Shown: positions 1-6,500 of the stretch, piece by piece
Position numbering within the stretch: the stretch's first letter is position 1
How the letters are laid out: each line of letters opens with the position of its first letter
Assembly: GCA_902384455.1 (NCBI GenBank)
Contig: CABMCB010000084.1
Coordinates: 1-11,062, forward strand
Reading direction: 5' to 3'
Length of the DNA: 11,062 nucleotides
DNA from: an uncultured archaeon
GTDB taxonomy: Archaea; Altiarchaeota; Altiarchaeia; IMC4; SCGC-AAA252-I15
Position numbers and translations under genes: made by a program
Notes under the pieces: generated by a model
Databases searched by the model: none
Seen by the model: only the letters and a program-made list of their open reading frames with translations
What the model was told of the DNA's origin: nothing

Positions 1-1
1 G

Positions 2-625
2 GTTAAGGCGGCTTTGAAGGCGGCTGAGTGTGTGGATGATTCTGGTTTGAAGGCGGCTGAGAATGAGGTTGCGGCGTTGAAGGAGGCGCAAAGTTCTTTG
101 GAGTTGAACGCGTACGGTCTTCTTTCTCCTTTGAGGAGGTTGTTGCGCAAGTTTGTGAAGTGGACTCCTTCAGAGGGGGTTGATTTTGCGGTGGTTTCCG
201 TCGCCAAGAAAATTGAGGAGGATCCGGTGGCGGCTTATTTTGACGGTGATGTGGACGTGCAGGGAGTCCTTAAGGCGCTTGAACTTTATTGTGGGCTGAA
301 AGAGAGCGGTTTGTCTGCTTCTGAGAGGAAGAAATTTATGGAGCGCATAGGCGTTGCGGGGAAGTTGCGCCCTAAGGAAGACCGTGAGAAACGTAAGGCG
401 CTTGTTGAGCGTTTGCGTCAGCTTAAGGATGCGACGGAAAATGACCTGTCAATTGTTAAGCGGAAGCAGCTTTTCAAGGAAGCGGAATCTCAGGCTGAAA
501 TCGTCAGGGAGCTAGCTAAGAAGGAGGAAAACATAAAGCATCTTCTGAGTCAGGCCGAAGATAAGTCAGTGCGGAAGAAGGATGAAATAAGCGTTCTTAA
601 GGCAAAGCTTGCTTCAGGCGGCTAA
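2..625 (+). CDS. Hypothetical coiled-coil protein, 5'-truncated
   Basis: The frame is open from position 2 (V-K-A-A-L-K...), so the TTG at 14 is probably not the true start. K/E/A/L-rich helical periodicity flanks a short globular segment (LSPLRRLLRKF...EEDPVAAYF). Stop TAA at 623-625, convergent with mvk across a 23-bp gap. Confidence 0.75.
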   Translation, partial: VKAALKAAECVDDSGLKAAENEVAALKEAQSSLELNAYGLLSPLRRLLRKFVKWTPSEGVDFAVVSVAKKIEEDPVAAYFDGDVDVQGVLKALELYCGLKESGLSASERKKFMERIGVAGKLRPKEDREKRKALVERLRQLKDATENDLSIVKRKQLFKEAESQAEIVRELAKKEENIKHLLSQAEDKSVRKKDEISVLKAKLASGG

Positions 626-648
626 TCCTTACTCCTAATCAATGGCGT

Positions 649-1578
649 TTAAACGCCGATTGTGGTTTTGAGTACTTGGAATCCTTCCGCTTCTATCGCG
701 GCTGCGACTGTGTTTTGAAGCTTTTTTCCTGGCGTCAAAGCGACCATGTATCCGCCTAGTCCTCCGCCCGTCATCTTGGCGCCCCATGCGCCGTTGGATT
801 TTGCCAGGGAAACTAGGAAATCAAGCTCATTGCTGCTTACTTCAATCAACTTAAGCAGCTCGTGAGCGCGGTCCATCAAGGCGCCGACTTCCTTCATGTC
901 GCCCGCCTCAAAAGCAGTCCGCGCCTTACCTGCAACTTCCCCTGCCTCATTGAATATCATGGTGTATTTGCCGGGAAACTTATCCTTGCGCTCTTTGACT
1001 CCTGCGACTGCCGCCTTGGTGTCTGCGACTTTGCCGGTGTTTCCCATCACAATCTCGACCGGCTTCTTAGTCTTGATGCGGTCCATGACGTTTGGCGAAC
1101 CTTTGACGAACCAGATGAGGCCTCCGTATGTTGCTGCGGTGTTGTCTATTCCGCTTGGTGTGCCGTGGTATCCTTTTTCTCCTTCGTATGCTATTTCGTT
1201 GATTTTTTCGTCGTTTAGTTTGAGTTTGAATTCGTCTGATAGGGCGCGCGCAAGTGCTGTGCATGATGCGGCTGAGGCTCCTACTCCGCTTGCGGCAAGG
1301 AGGTTTCCTGCGAACGTTATGTTGATGCCTGTTTTTGTTGGGTCTATTCCTGCTGCTGTTAGAACTCGGTTTATGCTGTCTTTCTGTTGGTCTAGTTTTT
1401 CCGTTTTGTATCCTGGCGTTGCGGGGCGGTCGTCTTTAAGCGTCCAGCCGGGTGTTTGTTTGCGGATTACTTCGCATGTGGTAGTGTCGCCTATTGCGGA
1501 AACAATCGACGGAACGCCGTGCACAACAAAATGCTCTCCAAAAAGAATTACTTTGCCGTATCCTTCACCGTTGCCCAT
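649..1578 (-). CDS. mvk: Mevalonate kinase (GHMP kinase family)
   Basis: Motifs GKVILFGEHFVVHG, ATP loop ASGVGASAA, HGTPSGIDN (catalytic Asp) and GAKMTGGGLGG; 309 aa; GGGTGG ribosome-binding site 7 nt upstream. Confidence 0.93.
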   Translation of the reverse strand: MGNGEGYGKVILFGEHFVVHGVPSIVSAIGDTTTCEVIRKQTPGWTLKDDRPATPGYKTEKLDQQKDSINRVLTAAGIDPTKTGINITFAGNLLAASGVGASAASCTALARALSDEFKLKLNDEKINEIAYEGEKGYHGTPSGIDNTAATYGGLIWFVKGSPNVMDRIKTKKPVEIVMGNTGKVADTKAAVAGVKERKDKFPGKYTMIFNEAGEVAGKARTAFEAGDMKEVGALMDRAHELLKLIEVSSNELDFLVSLAKSNGAWGAKMTGGGLGGYMVALTPGKKLQNTVAAAIEAEGFQVLKTTIGV

Positions 1579-1585
1579 TTAAAAT

Positions 1586-1591
1586 CCACCC
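1586..1591 (-). promoter_or_regulatory. Shine-Dalgarno-like site for mvk
   Basis: Minus strand reads GGGTGG-ATTTTAA-ATG. Confidence 0.55.
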
Positions 1592-1605
1592 GTAAAACAA
1601 TAGTT

Positions 1606-1652
1606 AAATAAAAAATAAAAAGAAAGTTGGGCGGAAACCCGCGGTCTCCGCC
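1606..1652 (-). terminator. Hairpin plus U-tract terminator downstream of ftsZ
   Basis: Minus strand stem-loop GGCGGAGACC-gcg-GGTTTCCGCC (10 bp, one G-U pair) starts 11 nt after the ftsZ stop and is followed by CAAC-TTTCTTTTTATTTTTTATTT. Confidence 0.7.
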
Positions 1653-1663
1653 TATTGTCCAGC

Positions 1664-2746
1664 TCAGACGAAACGTAAGCCTACTCCGTCGTCTCTTGAT
1701 ATGTATGGGGCTGGTTCGTCGTCGAATTCTACGGGGCCTTTTTGCGACATTATGTTGCGGGGTTTTACGCCTGAGACTATGCTTATGACTTCGAGTTTTC
1801 CTTCGAGTTCTTCTCTTATTCGGGCTCCCCACATTACGCTTCCGTGTTCGTCGAATCCTTCTGTCAGTAGTTTTCCTACTTCGTTGGCTTCTCCGATTGT
1901 CATGTCTGGGCCGCCTGATATGTGGATTATGGCTCCTTTGGCGCCTGTCATATCGACGTCTAGTAGCGGGTGGCTTCTTGTGTTTTTGACTGAGAGTGCT
2001 ACTCTGTCTGGTCCGTTTGCTTCTCCTACGCTTATTACTGAGACTTTGCCTCCTTCGAGTACGGCTTTGATGTCTGCGAAGTCGAGGTTGATTAGGCTGG
2101 GTTCTTTTATGGTTTCGGTTATTGCTCGTACTGCTCTTGCTACGACTTCGTCCGCCACCATGAATGCTTTGTCTACCGGCAGGTTGGGTACGTACTCCAT
2201 TAGTTTGTTGTTGTCTATGATTATGACGCTGTCGGATACTTTCTTTAGTTTTCGGATTCCTTCCTGCGCTCGCTCCTGTCTGCTTCTCTCCAGCTTGAAT
2301 GGGTAAGTCACCATTCCTACGACTATTGCGCCTTGGGCTTTGGCGATGTCGGCTATGATTGGCGCGCTTCCGGTGCCTGTTCCGCCTCCCATCCCAGCGC
2401 ATAAAAAGCATAGGTTGGTGTCCTTGAGTGCCTCCTCAATCTCGTGCGAACTCGCCTCGGCGGCCTTTGCTCCGATGTCGGGGAATCCGCCTGCTCCGAG
2501 GCCTCTCGTTATTTTTCCGCCGATTAGAACCTTGGAGATGTTGTTGTTGAGCTTTTGCAAGTCTTTTAGGTCGGTGTTGAATGCTAGCAGTTGGGCTCCT
2601 CCGATGCCCATCCGGCTTAGTCGGTTTACGGTGTTTCCTCCTCCTCCTCCTGCTCCCACAACTACGATTTTTAGGGAGTCTGAGTCGATTCCTTGTCCAG
2701 AATCAATTTTTGTTTCCAATGCCTCCTTAACTAAACTATCAAACAT
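1664..2746 (-). CDS. ftsZ: Cell division GTPase FtsZ, archaeal FtsZ2-like
   Basis: Motifs GAGGGGGN, NTD, GLGAGG, tubulin signature GMGGGTGTGSAP and T7 loop INLDFAD. Segments YVPNLP, ETIKEPSLIN, HPLLDVD and WGARI resemble FtsZ2 more than FtsZ1 (from recall of the families). GAGGG ribosome-binding site upstream. Confidence 0.97.
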   Translation of the reverse strand: MFDSLVKEALETKIDSGQGIDSDSLKIVVVGAGGGGGNTVNRLSRMGIGGAQLLAFNTDLKDLQKLNNNISKVLIGGKITRGLGAGGFPDIGAKAAEASSHEIEEALKDTNLCFLCAGMGGGTGTGSAPIIADIAKAQGAIVVGMVTYPFKLERSRQERAQEGIRKLKKVSDSVIIIDNNKLMEYVPNLPVDKAFMVADEVVARAVRAITETIKEPSLINLDFADIKAVLEGGKVSVISVGEANGPDRVALSVKNTRSHPLLDVDMTGAKGAIIHISGGPDMTIGEANEVGKLLTEGFDEHGSVMWGARIREELEGKLEVISIVSGVKPRNIMSQKGPVEFDDEPAPYISRDDGVGLRFV

Positions 2747-2867
2747 AGTGGTCCCTCTGGTGCTCTAAAATTACTTCCGACGCCTTAATTAACCTTCCTT
2801 AGCCGGCTGAAAATACGCGACTGGAAAACATTAAAACCCTTTTTACCTTTTAATCCAACATCACTAT
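2747..2867. promoter_or_regulatory. Divergent promoter region between ftsZ and rnp2
   Basis: 121-bp AT-rich gap between divergent starts. Candidate BRE/TATA elements: GGAAAACA-TTAAAA and TTTTTA on + (2823-2845); AAAAAGGG-TTTTAA and AAGG-TTAATTAA on -. Exact boxes cannot be resolved. Confidence 0.45.
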
Positions 2868-3221
2868 GTGCCAGCTGCAGTAAAGCCTACGCGGAGAGAA
2901 AGAAACCGCTACGTAGCCGTAACATTAGACTCAAAAAGGCCGTTGGACCGCAAAGAAGTGGGTCAGGCGTTGTGGGATTCTTACCTGCGCCTGTTTGGAG
3001 AATCCGGGGCAGCGGATGCGGGACTGTGGCTTATGGACTGGGAGGAGAACCGCGGAGTAATCAAAGTAACCCACAAATGCGTCGAAACACTAAGGCAAGC
3101 AGTCGCAACACTGCAATCAATAAACCAAACCCCAGTTCGGCCCCGAATAATCGGCGTGTCGGGGACGCTCAAGAAAACGCGCGAGCACTGGCTGAAAACA
3201 TCCACTAAAAAGAACTTATAA
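2868..3221 (+). CDS. rnp2: Ribonuclease P protein component 2 (Pop5/Rpp14 family)
   Basis: Motifs KPTRRERNRY, LFGESGAA, GVIKVTH and IIGVSGTLKK; 117 aa; GTG start with no obvious RBS (possibly leaderless). Confidence 0.92.
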   Translation: MPAAVKPTRRERNRYVAVTLDSKRPLDRKEVGQALWDSYLRLFGESGAADAGLWLMDWEENRGVIKVTHKCVETLRQAVATLQSINQTPVRPRIIGVSGTLKKTREHWLKTSTKKNL

Positions 3222-3223
3222 AT
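3207..3223 (+). promoter_or_regulatory. Putative BRE-TATA promoter of tRNA-Ile
   Basis: AAAAAGAAC-TTATAAA lies about 40 nt upstream of the mature tRNA 5' end and overlaps the last codon and stop of rnp2. Confidence 0.5.
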
Positions 3224-3259
3224 CCCCAACCCCCAATCACTACAATCCCACCAAGTCAC

Positions 3260-3334
3260 GGACCTGTAGCTCAGCTTGGTTAGAGCGTTCGACTGATAAT
3301 CGAAAGGCCCGGAGTTCAAATCTCCGCAGGTCCA
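3260..3334 (+). tRNA. tRNA-Ile (anticodon GAT), no intron
   Basis: Acceptor stem GGACCTG/CAGGTCC plus discriminator A; D-arm GCTC-AGCTTGGTTA-GAGC; anticodon arm TTCGA-CTGATAA-TCGAA (GAT at 3295-3297); T-arm CGGAG-TTCAAAT-CTCCG. It is followed by CCT, so CCA is not fully encoded. Confidence 0.97.
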
Positions 3335-3339
3335 CCTGA

Positions 3340-3354
3340 TTTTTTCTTTTTTTT
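3340..3354 (+). terminator. Oligo-T terminator after tRNA-Ile
   Basis: TTTTTTCTTTTTTTT lies 5 nt after the discriminator base, typical of archaeal U-tract terminators. Confidence 0.65.
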
Positions 3355-3461
3355 GGAATTTTGTCTTATCCCTGTGTTTTTGCTGAATTTTTCTCGTAAT
3401 TTGTGGGCGCTGTTTGTTTTATTTACTATTGGTTACGAATTTATTACGGGGGTTTTGTGTG

Positions 3462-3536
3462 ATGCAGAGAGGTCTTACTGTCTCTTTTGTTTTTCTTGCG
3501 GCAGTCTTTTTTTTGATCTCCCCTTTGGTGGATGCG
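3462..3536 (+). other. Sec signal peptide of the giant protein
   Basis: Basic N-region (MQR), hydrophobic core (LTVSFVFLAAVFFLI), Pro, then a V-D-A cleavage motif. Confidence 0.8.
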
Positions 3537-6500
3537 GTTGCGTGCGAGTTCCTTGACAATAGGGTGGATTGTTGCGCTGTTGAGGCTTGTGACTGGAGGG
3601 AAGACCGCTGTGGCGACGCCTTATTCGGGTTGAGGCCTGGATGCGAGGAGGTTGTTCCGCCTACGATCGTCTCTTGCACTCTGAATGAGACGAATGTGTC
3701 TGCTGGCTCTCAGGTTGCGGTTGATGTCGTAGTCAGTCACGGAGACCTTCATGTGGCGGAAGTAACTGTGACTTTCGATGAGGTTGCTTACGGATGTTCC
3801 GACGACCAACCTCACTGGTACACAGTATTGAACACGTCAGGTAAGGAGGGTTCTTACGGTTCGGAGGCGAACGCCCGCGATGAGGAGGGTAACAGGGCCG
3901 ATTCTATCAAGTGCGATTCCCTCAATGTTTATGTTGTTCCGCCTTCGATTTTAGACTGCTTCCTGTCTCCTGATGACGTCGAGCAAGGCGAGGATGTAGT
4001 CGCCAACGCTTCCGTGAGCGCAGGCTCGTACTCCCTCTCTTCAGTCTGGTTCGAGTACGACGGAACAAACAAATCCTATGACGGAAACGGAGGCGGCCGC
4101 TTTTGGGCGTCTTTGGCGACGTCTGCGCTTGAAGGAGTCTATCCGGTATTGGCTCGCGCCAACGACACGGACGGAAACTTTGCTTTGGAGTTTCCGTGCG
4201 GAAACTTCACTGTCACGACAACGACCACCACGACTACTACCACCACTACGACGACCACTACTACGATAAGCGGGTGGCTGGGTAACACACGAATTGCGGA
4301 AACATCCGAAGTATCCCTTAACCCCGTAATCGCCATTTTAGGCGGCGTACCCCACGTTGCTTGGGAAGACGCCAACGGCAGCGCAAGCCGAATATTCTAC
4401 TCCTCCTTCACCGGCAGCTGGGCTACCGCCGTCAACCTCACTTCACTTGGAACAGCCCGCAGGCCAGCCCTAATATCCAACGGCTCGGCATTAACGTTAA
4501 TTTGGGACGACAACCGCTCAGGAACCCGCAGAGTATACGCGAAGTGGTTTACTTCCTCATGGGGCACATCAAGCCAGGCAAGTGCCGGCGCAGCGGAAAA
4601 CGCCTCCGCCTGCTTCTCATCAGACGGAACACTACACGCAGCATGGCAGACGTCAGGCAGAATAACGTCACGCGCATACGTCAACGCCAACTGGACCACC
4701 GAAGAAAACGCGTCAAATGCCGGGTCAAGACCTGTCGTAGCTTACGACCACTCAAATCGCCTCAACATAATATACGCGGGAAGCCCGCTGGCTTACAGGC
4801 GCGGCACAGTCTCAGGAGTATCATACGGATTCACAGACACGGACGTAGACGGCCTGCCTGATTCGGTGGAGCTTGGTTACGCCAACCAGTCTCACAGCGA
4901 GTACAACGACGCCGACGCAGGAGCCACAAAGACTAATTCCACTGAATACGACACCGACGGCGACCACGTGCCCGACGGGTGGGTGGACGGCTGGACTTTT
5001 CTTTCAAACGGCACGTGGGGCCTTGACCCGACACTTAAGGACGGCTTGTTTGAGAAGTGGGAGGGCGAGGATGGCGACACAGACGGCGCCGTTGATGCGG
5101 GTGAAACAGACCCAAATTACGCCGACAGCGACGGCGACGGGCTGCCTGATGGATGGGAAGCTTGGTACGGACTCAACCCGCTGATTGCGTCCGGCGTGGA
5201 CGGCGCGTCAGGCGACTTCGACGGAGATAGTGTGGTTAATTCAGTCGAATACGCGCGGGGAACAGACCCCTCCAAATCCGACACTGACGGCGACGGCATA
5301 GGAGATTCCACCGAGATTTCCTACGGCTCAAACGCCACTTTCTACGACACGGACGGAGACGGAGTTGCGGACGGAAGCGAATACGCGCCTTGGACCGACT
5401 CAAACATCGACGGAGTAATAAACATCAAAGACTCAGACAGCGACAACGACGGCCTAATCGACGGCAAAGAATTAAGTCCGACGCTCGACTCGGACGGCGA
5501 CGGAAAAGCCAACGTCGTAGACTCAGACAGCGACGGCGACAACGTCACAGACGGCAAGGAACAATCATATAACATTGACTCCGACGGCGACGGGAAAGTC
5601 AACATGCTTGATTCCGACAGCGACAACGACGGAGTAAACGACGGAAACGAAGACTTAGACCGCGACGGAACAATAGAAGCATACAGCTATGAGACATCGC
5701 CAACAACCCCGGACACAGACGGAGACGGACTCTGGGACGGGGAAAACATCACAGTAGCCGGAACGTTCCACGGAGGCGAAACATCATACGGCACACTCAA
5801 ACTCGACGCAGACACAGACAACGACGGCCTAACCGACGGAGAAGAAGCCGGCGGCTACGAGCTGCACATACAAAACTCAAGCGGATACGTAAGGACAGTC
5901 ACTGCATATTCCAGCCCGCTACTAACGGACACAGACTCAGACGGCCTCTCAGACAACATAGAACGCGACTTCTCCGACCCATCCTCATCAGACACAGACG
6001 GCGACGGATTATCCGACGCTTTGGAGGACGCAAACGCCAACGGCATAACGGACGGAACAGAATCAAGCCCCACAGACGCAGACACAGACGACGACACATT
6101 AAGCGACTACTACGAAGTCATGGTGTCGCATACCCTCCCAAACAACAAGGACACCGACGGAGACGGCCTGTGGGATTACGAGGGCAGGCGGGTCGTATTT
6201 AGGACGAACGCGTCGGACTTTGACGCATTAGGCGAGTACGAGGAAACGTGGGTTTACGGCCGAAGCTTCCTTTTGAGTTGCATTCCCTCCGCCATGAACC
6301 GCGTTGTTTACGCAACGTACAATCTCACTTTCAACAGGTCTCTTACTACGGTGGGGAGCCCGCCTCCTGGAGCGAACCAAGTGTGGTACAACAGCAGCAA
6401 CGGATTTATCACCCTTGGAACAAACATAACCCTCCAGCAGACTGTATGCTGCAACTACACGTTCTACGGCTCATCCCACCAGTACAATGAATGCCATCCG

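Noticed and set aside
862-2768. Long ORFs overlapping mvk and ftsZ (862-1218, 896-1582, 1548-2411, 1701-2306, 2340-2768)
   Set aside because: Antisense or alternate-frame shadows of well-conserved genes.
3507-3514. T8 run in the signal peptide as a phase-variation switch
   Set aside because: Short, encodes Phe-Phe-Leu in a T-rich hydrophobic segment, and is in frame; there is no evidence of slippage.
2972-3556. ORFs 2972-3208, 2981-3319 and 3353-3556
   Set aside because: They overlap rnp2, the tRNA or the giant gene's signal peptide and have no recognisable content.
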